Shown: piece by piece, positions 23,998-37,300 of the stretch
Layout: every line of letters begins with the position of its first letter
How positions within the stretch are numbered: the first letter of the stretch is position 1
From: Octopus bimaculoides
Lineage: Eukaryota
Reading direction: 5' to 3'
DNA length: 48,723 nucleotides
NCBI RefSeq assembly: GCF_001194135.2
Contig: NC_068984.1
Span: forward strand, 144,285,140 to 144,333,862
Translations under genes and position numbers: made by a program
The notes under the pieces: model-generated
The model's input: only the letters and a program-made list of their open reading frames with translations
What the model was told of the DNA's origin: nothing
Databases searched by the model: none

Positions 23998-25159
23998 TTT
24001 GAAACAGACCGAAGACCTTATCTTAAACTTCAACATCCAAATGATTTTGCTACTAAAATTTCTGCACAAGGAGGAGTTGCTGCTGTGAATATGGTTAATA
24101 TGGGTGACTTATGAGGATCCAATGATCATTTGACAAACTAAATAGTCTTCACCAACGTTCAACACAACTACTACAATCAGAAACGGTTCTGTGAAAGAGT
24201 AATATTTGGATAAGTTCAAAGACAAGGTCAAAGGCTACGTGAATTTGCCTCATACTTTCTACAACCCCAGGTAACACCAGGTACAGCTGTGTGTCTGTGT
24301 TTGTCCCCCCACCATTGCTTGACAATCGATGCTGGTGTGTTTACGTCCTCGTAACTTAGCGGTTCGGCAAAAGAGACCAATAAAATAAGTACTAGGCTTA
24401 CAAAGAATANNNNNNNNNNNNNNNNNNNNNNNNNNNNNNNNNNNNNNNNNNNNNNNNNNNNNNNNNNNNNNNNNNNNNNNNNNNNNNNNNNNNNNNNNNN
24501 NNNNNNNNNNNNNNNNNNNNNNNNNNNNNNNNNNNNNNNNNNNNNNNNNNNNNNNNNNNNNNNNNNNNNNNNNNNNNNNNNNNNNNNNNNNNNNNNNNNN
24601 NNNNNNNNNNNNNNNNNNNNNNNNNNNNNNNNNNNNNNNNNNNNNNNNNNNNNNNNNNNNNNNNNNNNNNNNNNNNNNNNNNNNNNNNNNNNNNNNNNNN
24701 NNNNNNNNNNNNNNNNNNNNNNNNNNNNNNNNNNNNNNNNNNNNNNNNNNNNNNNNNNNNNNNNNNNNNNNNNNNNNNNNNNNNNNNNNNNNNNNNNNNN
24801 NNNNNNNNNNNNNNNNNNNNNNNNNNNNNNNNNNNNNNNNNNNNNNNNNNNNNNNNNNNNNNNNNNNNNNNNNNNNNNNNNNNNNNNNNNNNNNNNNNNN
24901 NNNNNNNNNNNNNNNNNNNNNNNNNNNNNNNNNNNNNNNNNNNNNNNNNNNNNNNNNNNNNNNNNNNNNNNNNNNNNNNNNNNNNNNNNNNNNNNNNNNN
25001 NNNGCCCTTCCTGTCACCAACCCTCACCTGTTTACAAACAAGATAGTTTTTTCCCCTTGACCACAAACACTAAATGCTGTGTTCTTATTAAATATGCTTG
25101 AATTAGTTATTATGTCATTTGCATAAATAATTAACTTTTTGTATACAAAGCACCATTCA

Positions 25160-25380
25160 AGTGTGGCCGATGCCAGTGCCACCTGACTGGCCCCCATGCC
25201 AGTGGCATGTAAAAGCACCCACTACACTTTTAGAGTGGTTGGTGTTAGGAAGGGCATCCAGCTGTAGAAACCTTACCAGATCAGATTGGAGACTGGTGCA
25301 GCCTTCTGGCTCTCCAGTCCTCAGTCAAACCGTCCAACCCATGCCAGCATGGAAAGCGGACGTTAAACGATGATGATGAT
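25160..25380 (+). mobile_element. SINE/LINE-tail repeat, sense copy
   Basis: gttggtgttaggaagggcatccagctgtagaaac..gcatggaaagcggacgttaaacgatgatgatg. Confidence 0.9.
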
Positions 25381-25417
25381 GTATGTGTGTGTGTGTGTGT
25401 GTGTATGTGTGTGTGTA

Positions 25418-25865
25418 GTTAAAAAGTTCACTTTGCAACCCACAGCTTCAGTTTCCATCCCAATGTGCAGCACATTCAGCAAGAGTCTTTGACCATAGCT
25501 GTGGGTCAGACAAAGCCTTGCGAATGGATCTAATAGACAGAAACTGAAAGAAGCCCATTATGTGTGTGTGTGTATATATGAGCACACGCAGGGGTGTGCA
25601 TCTCCTTGTCTTGACACCACGTGCTTATTCTGAAACAAACATCACTGTCGGACAAACAGTATCCTTCATTTGAAATTTTCTCTGGCAACACATCCAGCCA
25701 CCATGTTGTACATGTTCAAGGGACAAAGAAGAATATCACACAGCTGGGGAAACAAACGAGGGTTAGCAATAGGAAAGGCATCCAGTTACAGAAATCTCTG
25801 CCTCGATGAATTTGATCAAAGCCATGCAAGTATGGATAGGTGGCTATTAAAATGGTGATGAGGAT
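25418..25865 (+). mobile_element. Full-length composite SINE (head, microsatellite, tail)
   Basis: Same architecture as 5725-6195. Confidence 0.75.
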
Positions 25866-26384
25866 GACTGTGTGAGTGTGCGCATCATTTAAAACAGTTT
25901 GATTCGGTTCCAGATAACTTAAATTTTCATAGGCTCAGATTACCGATTAGATAATCTGAGCCTCAAGGAACTAGGTTTCGGTAAGAAGCCAATGAAACTT
26001 AATCACATGGAGCTGAATCAAACTGCTTTAAATAATAATATAACAATGTGTGTGTGTGTGTGTGTGTAAAATTGTACCCTTGCCTTGATATAGTCGTAAA
26101 TGAGCATCACTGTCATACAAGTGTTGTTGTTTGTTTCCAATCTTCCATGAAAGATGTGTCTGGCCATGGGAAAATATTACTTGGGAACAGGTAAGGGTTA
26201 GCAACAGGAAGAGCATTCAGCCATAGAAAATCTGCCTCAGCAAACACTACCTGACCCATGTAGGCATAGAAAAATGAATGTTAAATGACGATTATACACA
26301 CACACACACACACAAACATATATATATATATATATATATCCTTTTATATTCATCCCTGGGCAAATCTCCAGCACAGTGACAATC

Positions 26385-27060
26385 ATCTTAAATTGTAATC
26401 TTTGTGAGATCCATCCTCCTGCAATCACCCCTCAACTCCTCCTGCCACACCCATCTTGGCTTTTCCCCTTCTGCAGGTTTCATCCACTCAAATCATTCGG
26501 CACTTCTTTACCCGAATGGTCACCCTACATATGTCCATACCAGCATCCTTTTGTCTCTCGCACACAACAACTGATTCTACTTAGATCCATTCTTTGTACT
26601 TTGTCAATCAGCCATACATGTCAACCTTATACATCCAGCAGAGAGCAAGCTAACTTCATTCTCTTACATTTAATACCCATTACAATACCATGCTCTATAT
26701 ATAATAAGCATCATAGAATCTGCCTGTCCCTAAGACAGAAAACACCTTTGTTACCAATCCAGCAAAAGTAATAAATAGCCCACATTCAGCCTCATCCTTA
26801 CTCTGGCTACAATGTTTTTGTAACACTCGTCTCCACTGTTGATTATGTTGCCTAGGTAACAGAAGCTGTCCCCTATTTCTGGGGAGAGCCTTCTGTGCAG
26901 CTGAACGTATTTATTTCATGTGTACTCTTACTGCTGACTACTCTCATGCATCAGCTACCCACTGCATCCTTCTTTTCTGCCAGCCTGTCTAGGATACCCC
27001 TGCACGTTTGGTGCACTTATAGTTCACACCATATGGAATCCCTGCCGACATAAATTTAAA
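26385..27060 (-). mobile_element. Degraded RTE-type LINE ORF2 C-terminal fragment
   Basis: Frameshifted motifs SIWCEL*VHQTCRGILDRL (27037 downward), DSFCYLGNIINSGDECYKNIVARVR (26870 downward), WYGHI..VKKC..VDETCRRG. Confidence 0.85.
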
Positions 27061-27211
27061 ATCCTCGGCTTCAAGAACATCCTATCTGAAGGTGGACAAG
27101 CTCTATGGTATATTCTTTACAGAATATACCATGACCATATATATATATATATATATACTTTCCCCTTACATTTCCATGTGTAGCTTCTATTTTGTTTTTG
27201 TAACATATTTC

Positions 27212-27248
<37 letters not shown>

Positions 27249-28692
27249 CAGAGAGAGTAATATTTAAAATTAATTACAAAAAGATGCTTTTAATTTATTA
27301 AGTTGAGAGAAAAAATTTTATCACAAGTCTTCTCTTTGCAAAAAAAAAAAAACAGACAGGCAAAAGCTTTATACACACACAGACATGCATGCATACACAC
27401 ACACATTTCCAGTTGTCTGTGAAAAACATGTCTGGCCATGGGAAAATAATACCTTGCTTGGAAACAGGTGATGGTTGGTGAATGAAAGGGTACCTAGCCA
27501 TAGAAAAATCTGCCTCAACAAATTCCGCCTGACCCATGCAAGCATGGAAAAGTGGGCATTAAACAAGGATATAGATAGATAGATAGATAGATAGATAGAG
27601 AGATAGACAGATAGATAGATAGATAGACAAACAGACAGACAGACAGAAAGACAGATAGATAGATAGAAAGATAGACAGATAAATAGAGACAGGCAGCTAG
27701 ACAGATAGAGAGACAGACAGACAGGCAAAGAGACAGACAGACAGACAGAAAAAGATAGATAGATAGATAGAAAACACACAAGATTACTAAATATATAAAT
27801 TAAAGAGAGATCCTATCTACACGGGGTCAGCTGACTTGCTAGAATTGGCAGCAAAATCTATCTCCTTCAGAGTATATTGGATAATGTAGTCCTGGATACA
27901 ACCAGAGATGCTCACAGCTGGAACTTCTCCCATCACAGCTAACAAGTTACATCGTCATTCTCATCTTAAAATGATGTTACATCTTGCGGGAAAAGGTCAA
28001 CCGAACTGTTACTATTTATAGTATATTGTTGATTTGACCTGCTCTTACAGCTAGCAGTGTGGATGTGTGGCTGGATACTAGTATATTACTGGTATGTCAC
28101 TAAGCATCTGCAGCTTGCTGTTGACTTACTAGATATTTATGACAGCAATGACAAAGCAGAAGAGGACAGTGAAACTCATCATTTACATCATACATATATA
28201 TGCATATTTCTTAAATATATGCAGACTTAAAACATATACACAACACTGACGGATATGCATACATTACACACACATGCACACACACAAATACACACACACA
28301 CATACGTTACATATGCATACATTAACAGTATGTGTATACGTACATGTGTATGTGAGAGAGAGAGTAAAAGAAAATGTTAAAAAGGAAATAAAAGAAAACG
28401 AAAGTGAAAGTAGGAGAAATAGAAGAGTGATGGTGAGAGTGGTGGTTTGCATAGAGGGGAGAGAAGTAACAGAGAGGAGAGGCAGGGAGGAAGTAACGGA
28501 ATGAGAGAGAGAGAGAGAGAGAGAGAAAATAAGAGGAAAATTCCAAAATGTCTGACTAAAAATGCATCCAGTAAATAAGAACGACATCAAAAAAGTGGGA
28601 TAAGAGGGAGACAGGAGGGGACAGAAATAATTGCATGGTGGTTAGAAACGGAGGATGACGGGGAGCTGAGTAGGGCTGGAGCCTCGATGCGC

Positions 28693-28740
<48 letters not shown>

Positions 28741-29031
28741 CAAGAATCGATCATCAGGTGCTTGTTGGTAGGCAAGACAGGCATTTTAGTGATGTGAGGC
28801 TGAGAAAGAGGAGGAGTAGGAGGAGGATAGGAAAGAGAAAATTTCTCCAGAACCACCGACCACACACACAGGTTTACTAGGAACAACTGTTTACAGATGG
28901 ACAACTAGTATTTGAAAAAGAGGAAGCTTATGGAAAGGTTTAGAGAGGGACAGAGATAGAGGGAACAATTGGTTACAGATGGAGTTCTTATGTTTGTAGA
29001 GAGAACGAGGTAGCTTATGGAAAGACCTACA

Positions 29032-29075
<44 letters not shown>

Positions 29076-29202
29076 TTGCTATACGTCGACATAGTATTTA
29101 AACAATTTAGTCATAATAAATGTCTATGAATGACTAATTTGCTGCATTATGTAACAATAATACAATAATTTTTTACAGAGCAAAGCTGTCTGACTATAAT
29201 GG

Positions 29203-29256
29203 ATTATTTACTAGTTAATAATTATTTACTAGTTAATAATTATTTACTAGTTAATA
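29203..29256. repeat. Perfect 3 x 18-bp tandem ATTATTTACTAGTTAATA
   Basis: Direct reading. Confidence 0.95.
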
Positions 29257-30494
29257 AATACAATTCACTTCTAACGTCTTCGTATCCCTGCCAAGTAAAA
29301 TATCTTGAAAGGCCTGACCCTAATAAACTACACTTAAATGAAAGGTTGGCGAGCAGGGTAGAGACTAGCTAATGTTATTGCCAAAAACGTGACAGAACTG
29401 AATCCAAACACCCCGTATTCAGTGAACTGATACTGTTAATAGATGTATATCATTATCATACATGCTTTTATCATTAATTTTTTTTTAATGTAGACGTTAA
29501 ATGTTGGCCAGACATGGAGTAGGACGATGACTATCTAGGTTTATGTATTCACAGACACACACGCATACGGCAATAGAAAATCCTTTAATAAGAGAAAGCA
29601 GATGGTATTAGTAGAAATAACACGTCGCAAAATAACCACCTCCATTAATTGCTGCTGGTACTACTACTACTACTACTACAACAGTCACGGCGCCACAACA
29701 CTGCAGTCACTTCTGCATCTGTTGCTAGCAACAATTGCAACCAGCAACTCTGCAGAATCTATCATCCTCACACACACACACACACACGCGCGCACATACA
29801 CAGACAGACACACGCGGACGGACGCCATTTTCAATTCTATGATCATCATCATCATCATCGACATCACCGTCGTCGTTATGATCAAATATATTCAAGAGAA
29901 CATACCAACAATTTTTTTTTAATTCCTGATGTTTCCTGTTAGTCATTTACTAGTAAATACACGATCTTACCCACCTAGTGTATATATATATTGTATGTAT
30001 ATATATATAGCTTCACTGTTGCTAAACTACCATATCTGCTATACATGTTTACTATTGTTTTTACTTCAACACACATTCATACACACACATCTATGTGCAT
30101 GCATGTATATATATATATATGCATGTATATATATATATATATATAGATATATAGATATCATGAGATCAAGAATATTCTGCAGTGTATTTAACTATAGACA
30201 TTGTTAACATCAGTGCGTGTGTATGATCATAGAAAAAAAAACACTACGTTAGTTTATAGCGAGGTGTGAAAAAAAAATCTAACGCTTCGAACATTCGTCC
30301 TTTCTCCAAGTGATGTGGGGGATACATGGCGGACTTAATGCTTGTGGACAACAGTTTCCTTGGATTCTGGGTTTTCAGCACTCCTCCATCTATCTATATA
30401 CACACATACATACTAGACACCTACATCTTTAGGTGCCAGTTTCGAATTCCACCATATCAATATCTATATATATATTATATTATATATATTATAT

Positions 30495-30535
<41 letters not shown>

Positions 30536-31437
30536 ACATATGGGTGTGTGTTGACGGCTGCTTGTATTTGCAGCTAGCAACCTCCCACACACTAGTACAG
30601 GCCTACAGATACTCGTTAACATCGCGTGTGTGTGTGTGTATATATATATACATGTGTGTATATGTGCGTGCGCGAGCGCACACACACACACACACATAAA
30701 TGTTACTCGTCAGCAACAGTAACTCCTTGGTACATTTGTGCGTATGCTCTGTGTGCGTGTGTGTCATAGTCAATTATCATATGGGCCATTTGTGATTTCG
30801 TAATTAGCATGAAATGTTGAAATGCTGTAAGAAGCCTCACAAGAGAGTCTATAGCCTATCCCTTGTCTACCTGATTATAATAGCAGGGTAGTTATGGAAG
30901 ACAAAGAAGGCTGTTGTCACACAAGACAAGAAAAGGAAACGGTGTGGTGGTCATTGCTTTCTGGACGGAAACTAGGCTGGAAGACGTGAGAAAATTTTAT
31001 CTGAAAACTTGTCACAATGTTATCCACCTCCAGCAACACCGCCATTACTACTGCTACTACTACTACTACTACTATTACTAATACTACTATAAGGCAACGA
31101 AGGAACGGCTACGTGGTCGCTCAGGTTGCTAGACATAGCAACCTAATTCTCTCAGATCATACCCTACCGTCTTAAGGGTTATATTGACCAGCGTTGCCCT
31201 CAGAAGCTCCAGAAAGATAGGGTGGTCACTAAAAGGTCTGCTCGATCAGGGCTAAGTTAGGGGACTAAACTATTACTTCCACCACATCACCACCCGCTAC
31301 TACACCCAATACAACCAAACCACTGTGCGTGAGCAGATAAACCACCGACCTTGAATACAGCCAAAATATGACAGATTTTGACCGACTGTAACATTGAAAA
31401 TTCAATATATGATAAGGCGATTTAGACTCAATAACAA

Positions 31438-31481
<44 letters not shown>

Positions 31482-31884
31482 NNNNNNNNNNNNNNNNNNN
31501 NNNNNNNNNNNNNNNNNNNNNNNNNNNNNNNNNNNNNNNNNNNNNNNNNNNNNNNNNNNNNNNNNNNNNNNNNNNNNNNTGAATGTGTGTGTCCGTATCT
31601 ATATAATTAGATATGTGCTGTGGTATAATGAAAGGTATGGGGGGTGCGTGCAGTGGTCAACATGATCACATAAACGCTTGATTGGCTTCGATACTTCTCT
31701 CTCCATCTCACACAATGATCTCATCTGTTTTTTTTTCTTTTTATGTTTCATAATCGAACACCACTGAAATATCAATCACCAATATATCATACACACACAC
31801 ACACACAAATTGCCTGTATGTGTGTACTGGAATACTGTATCAATAAGCAAATTACATTAACATATAGACAATTCATTATATATA

Positions 31885-31921
<37 letters not shown>

Positions 31922-32399
31922 CGCTCTAAACATGCTGAATGTATTAAGGCCAAGCTTAAACTTCTGGGTACCAGCTTTTAAATACGTGTTGCTTATTACT
32001 CGTTAGTAATAAACAATATATGTTACTATTACTAATCATTAATGAATAATTACAACTAATAATAAACTTCGCACATTACTGCTGGTATCTATTTGGTTTT
32101 ATCATTCATTAAAAGCGGGATCTGGCTGAACATGCACGAGATGATGGTGATGGTGATGAAGAATGCCATTAGTCTAATAATAAATATAGCAGTTTTAATT
32201 AACAACTGACTAAATGTTTTCTTCGTAGATAACTGTAAACATATATTTAATACACGATCTGGTTAACCACACATATGCGAGTATATATAACGTGTTTACA
32301 CGAATAAATTCCAAGAACTCGGTTGTGAATGAAATATACATAACTGGGTACACCTCTGATCACAGATCTACTGGATATTAACACCAATCATATAAATTT

Positions 32400-32513
32400 A
32401 AGGGAACACAAATGCGCCTGCCTGCTAGAAATAAGAGGTAAAACCCTCATTCAAACCAGCAATAATAAAACTGAAAGTTTATTTCTAGCAGGCAGGCACA
32501 TTTGTGTGTCCTT
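32400..32513. repeat. Inverted repeat, 35-bp arms (32/35 identical), 44-bp spacer
   Basis: aagggaacacaaatgcgcctgcctgctagaaataa vs ttatttctagcaggcaggcacatttgtgtgtcctt. Confidence 0.9.
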
Positions 32514-32626
32514 ACGATAGATATAAATTTTAATTCTATAGCTATATAATGCTATTTCGGACCTGCAATCACTCATATTATTGCTGTTGCTATCAACTAT
32601 TTATATTACCATGGATAATAAATAAC

Positions 32627-32699
<73 letters not shown>

Positions 32700-34959
32700 T
32701 ACATACATACACACGTACATATAAATGAATGACGACCACTGCAAACGTATCGCTTTCACAGGTAGATTAGCGTTAATATAGTTAATACGGCTAATTAGAA
32801 ATAATCATATGGTGAGGTAGAAAAATATTATTATTATTATTAGTCACAAATATTTTCACTTTTCCGGAAAGCTTGCCAAAAACACACCTCCAAATAAATA
32901 TGCTTCTGGTTTTACTTATGACTAGCATTCATTGTTATTTAATGAATGGGTGCTTTTAAGATATACGTTTACAATAAAACCTTTATCAGTTTTAAAACTA
33001 AATACTACACATATATAAGTGATCTTCCCATATATATATATATATCTATATATGTGTGTATATATTGTTGTTACATAAGAGATCTTTCCTCGAGTCTGTA
33101 CCCTATTTTAATTAGGGTTTCCACCTCAAGTCTCTCCACCCCATTTCAATCGATATTAAAATTATGACAACACAAAATGGTTTCTTTTAAAGAATTTCCC
33201 ATTATCTGGATTACTTTTTTGCCCTTTCGTTTCGTTTTGGGGCGGGGTTTTTTTTTTCTTTAGGTCCAAGGTTTTATTAAATTTCTTTTTTTACAGATGT
33301 GATCAAAATAGGATGGCGTGTGACGTTCATATGTCCCACGACATAATTGAATGAAATCGACTGCAAATGGGACTTGAAAACACGTCTAAGTCAAGGGGTA
33401 TTTTGGTATATATATATATATATATATNNNNNNNNNNNNNNNNNNNNNNNNNNNNNNNNNNNNNNNNNNNNNNNNNNNNNNNNNNNNNNNNNNNNNNNNN
33501 NNNNNNNNNNNNNNNNNNNNNTATATATATACATATATATACATATATATATATATATACCCCCACAGTTTCCTAATTTCCTTTCTGATTTGTGTGTGCA
33601 ACTGTGTACTGTTACAAGGGTGGATGTGAAAGTGAGTGTCGGCGGTTACAAGTATGTTTCCCGAGTGTGACTGAATGTGTAGCTACAAGTGTAACTGGTG
33701 TGTGTTCGTGTGTGCGCGCGCGCGTCTACTTGTGTCACTGCGTGTTTTGTAACAAAGTGTGTAACTATTACGTGTGTGTTTTGTATAACTGAGTGTATAT
33801 GTTTTCCCTCTCAGCCTTGTTTGATGATCGAATGTGTAAACTGTGTCAGCCATTGAAAATTCTGTCTTACGTCATTCCAACACATGTTTTTTTTTTTCTG
33901 GGAGAGAGAGACGAATGGGGGAAGACACTGTTGCCCTTTGAATTTGTTTTAATTGGAAACACACACACACACACACACATACAACACTAACCACCTCTAG
34001 ACACACACGTAGGACTGTTGCATACCTCTATCATCGCCATCACAGGTGACAACATAACTGACACACGGGGGGGGGGGTCGCATGGGAAATATGAAAAATA
34101 AAATCGATGCCGGTGAAATTTGATCTCGAAACCTGGAGAGAAGTGAGATTTAATGCTGTCCTCTCAGCCTTCGTCTCGCGCCCTGCAATTATTATGTTAC
34201 CCCCGCCAGAACCATATAATTAACCATCGTTATTATTACTACTACCATTATAATTAACTAATTACAAGCCGACAACACAACTTCTGTGTTGTCGTTTGAC
34301 ATGGTTAAAAATAGAAACTAAATCGTCTTCAAATCCCAGTCTATTAGTTGTGATGAAGAACACTAAAGATATATTATGACTGAATAAAAAGATGGGATGG
34401 TCACGGCTGGAAGTGCTTTGATTAAAGGTTTTTCTGGGTCTCAAGAGTGACCTGAGGGCTTTAAACAACCCCATTACCGTCAGTCAATTAACTAACATTA
34501 ATTAAGAATTTTTAAAAACCATAAACGTCATGAGTAGTCGGTCAACATGCGAGAAATAGCAGCTAAATTCTCTTCATATTACAACCTAAAGTCGAAGGAA
34601 AGAAATGCTATGTTGGATACTGTAGTCCTGGGTTCAGTGCTGAGAAAAGAGGGGGTTGGTCACGGCCGGAATGCCTCTGATCACTAGTGATCGGAGTTGA
34701 CTGCCCTAGAGTTTAAAAAAAAAGACAACCACTAACGGTTGAGAGACGTGCCTATGAAAGAACCTCAAAGAAATAGCAGCCAAATCTCCATTAAAGAATT
34801 CCTACCCTCTTTAAATGTGTATACCATTTGGTTTGTAGAAAAATCTGGATAGTCACGATCATAGGTTGCTGTATCATGGGCTGATCTGTACGAGAGAGTT
34901 AAATAACAACAACAATAATATATATAAATCCATGGTTTTGGGTTGACTTTCTCACTTAC

Positions 34960-35046
34960 CTTCCCAATATCGTAGTCTTCTGTTGGAATGATTTCTATTA
35001 TATCGCTCTCTTCCAGTGTAGAACCTTCCGTGTCTCCAGCCTCCAT
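34960..35046 (-). CDS. Probable first coding exon MEAGDTEGSTLEESDIIEIIPTEDYDIGK of an unidentified gene
   Basis: ATG in acaATGG context with in-frame stops upstream, non-repetitive acidic peptide, consensus donor AAG|GTAAGT in phase 0, CpG-containing unique region upstream. Confidence 0.6.
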
Positions 35047-35879
35047 TGTACTATGAAGATTATTAATATCACTACTACGGGATGATGATAATAATAATAA
35101 TAATAAATAGTGGTGGAGCAACAACACTCATCAACCGACCAGTTGCTGCCGTTTGATACAGAGGGAGATATTACACTCAGACTTTTCGATATATCTTCTT
35201 CAGATTAGATCGGGGGGAACCACAGATGATGAGGTAGTGGTACGAATTGCTTAATTAATTATCATCAGAAAGAAAGAGAAAAATCAACCTTGCTTCTTTC
35301 TTAATTATTATTAAATTATAATTATCCGCTGTCTCGTTTTTTTGTTTGGTTTTTTCTTCTTAGAGCTTTTTTTCCGTCTGATTTTTCTTTGACTATTTAC
35401 TACGACTGTCCCTTCTTTTCTTCCTGCAAGGAATTTTTCCTTCCTTCACACACATATATAGATTCTATATATCTATATAACAGACATAATAATTATATAG
35501 ATATATAGGCGGCTATATATATATATATATATAACTGGGTGCTATATATATATACAACTCGTTTAGTAGTGAATTGGAATTCTTGCCAGAGGTTGAAAAT
35601 TGTTTAGCCGAAGGCAGACTCTGGCGGAAGAATGAAGTGAGACAGTCGACATCACTGATTCTTGAGAAGACAAGGAACGGTTCCAGGCTTAGAATTCTGG
35701 TTTGTGGGATCTTTTTTCCTTGTTGTATGATACATAAATGGTTTTGAGGCAGGACACTAGGCTTTATACATCCATTTTATACAGACAGAGATGGGTATAT
35801 ATATATACATACATACATACAGCTGAAGGTACGTATGTTTGTATATAGATGGATGGTTGTATAAAGATGACTGACTGCC

Positions 35880-37300
35880 TGTTGAAGTTGGACTAGAGAC
35901 GGAGGAAGGGGGTAAAGAAAAAAGACGGAGATAAATATAGAAAAGAACTGGAGGATGAGGAGACAGGGGAGATCACTGGGTGCTATTAGAGCAAACAGTG
36001 CTAATAGAAGAGGCCGAGAAGAAGGAATGGTTATGAGGAAAAGTGAGAGGAAGGCAGGAAAGATATATTAATATTATAGAGAGGGTAAGATAGGGAGGAC
36101 TAGGTTACGAGGAAGGGTGAGAGGAGGGCAGTAAAGATGTAGTAATAGTATAAAGGGGGAGAAGAAAGTAGATCATTGAAGATAAAGAGGAAAAGATAGA
36201 GAGAGGCATAAGGGAAAGAAGAGTAAAGTTTTAAAAAATTCCAATTCCTTGAGAGAAAACTGTAAAGAGAATGGTTAATGTGACTGGTCGGCACGATTGA
36301 ATAGGTTTTCGGTAATTATTACGCCGAGGAAAAAGGGGGTTTCATTGAAGGGTCAAGCTAAAATATAAAAACTGCTTATTTTATTAATATTTTTTCAAGC
36401 AGCTTGCCGTATCCTAATGGCCTTTATATGGTAGGGGACATGGTCAGTGTGAGGACCGGGAGGTTTTCTAACGCATGCGTACGGACGGCAAGTTGTTGCA
36501 CACATGCGTGATGGGATAGATAGATAGATAGACAGATAGAGGGAAAGAGCGGAAGAAAAACACTCAGCGGGAGAGAGAGAGAGAAAGAGGGGTGTAACAG
36601 ATAGATAGAAAGAAGAATATAATAGAGAAGAGAGCGGGGAGGATGTCATAGATAAAGAGAGGGAAAGAAGACTGTAAGAAAGAGGAAGAAAGGTGTGATA
36701 GAGAGGTAGAATAACGGAATGTATGAGAAAGAGAAGTAGATTGTAACGAGAGAAAGAAGATAGGATAGAGAGAGAGAAAGAGTAAGAGAGTTAAGGAAGG
36801 AGAAAAGTGACAATAGTGAGATGAATTGAGCGGGAAAATTGAGTAATCAAAGGAAATGGGGGGCAGGAAGAAAGAAGGACAGAGGGAGGGTAGGAAAGGC
36901 TGAGAAGAGAGAGAATGCTAAGAGTGTGGCTGTAGAAAGAGAAAAAGAGAATAAAGAGGGAGAGAAAAAGAAAGTAGACGAGAAATGTTAATGTATGAAA
37001 ATAGACAAGATTCAGTAAAGCGGTTAAAGAGCGAGAGAAGCTGAGCGTGGAATGGTGATAAACTGTAGAAGAAGAAAAAGAGTAAAAAGTGAGAGAGTAA
37101 CAGTTGATGTAAAAGAGTTAGAAAATGTGAGAGAGAGAGAGAGGTGGAGAAAGTAACGGACGACGAAAGGGACATGGGTAAGGGTTGATGTGTAAGAGAG
37201 AGTAATAGTCAGTGCGAGCGAGAGAGAGAGTGAAAGAATGGGAAAAGAGAGGGCAAAGGAAAAAGACAGAACGGGTTAGAGAGAGAGAGAGAGCGATTGG
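35880..37300. repeat. About 1.4-kb purine-rich (GA) low-complexity tract
   Basis: Plus strand strongly A/G-biased, with imperfect (GA)n. Confidence 0.85.
36290..36520 (-). promoter_or_regulatory. CpG-retaining island-like patch upstream of the minus-strand first exon
   Basis: Locally high CpG density; NRF1-like palindrome ACGCATGCGT at 36471-36480. Confidence 0.35.

Noticed and set aside
28051-28091. Plus-strand 41-nt exon candidate (cttacAG|..CTG|GTATGT)
   Set aside because: Isolated, with no supporting plus-strand gene structure or recognisable peptide
29906-29935. Minus-strand 30-nt exon candidate ETSGIKKKLL
   Set aside because: Acceptor lacks a pyrimidine tract; the peptide derives from an A-run
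33296-33420. Strong plus-strand acceptor tttttttacAG|ATGTG
   Set aside because: All frames stop within 20 codons and there is no good donor
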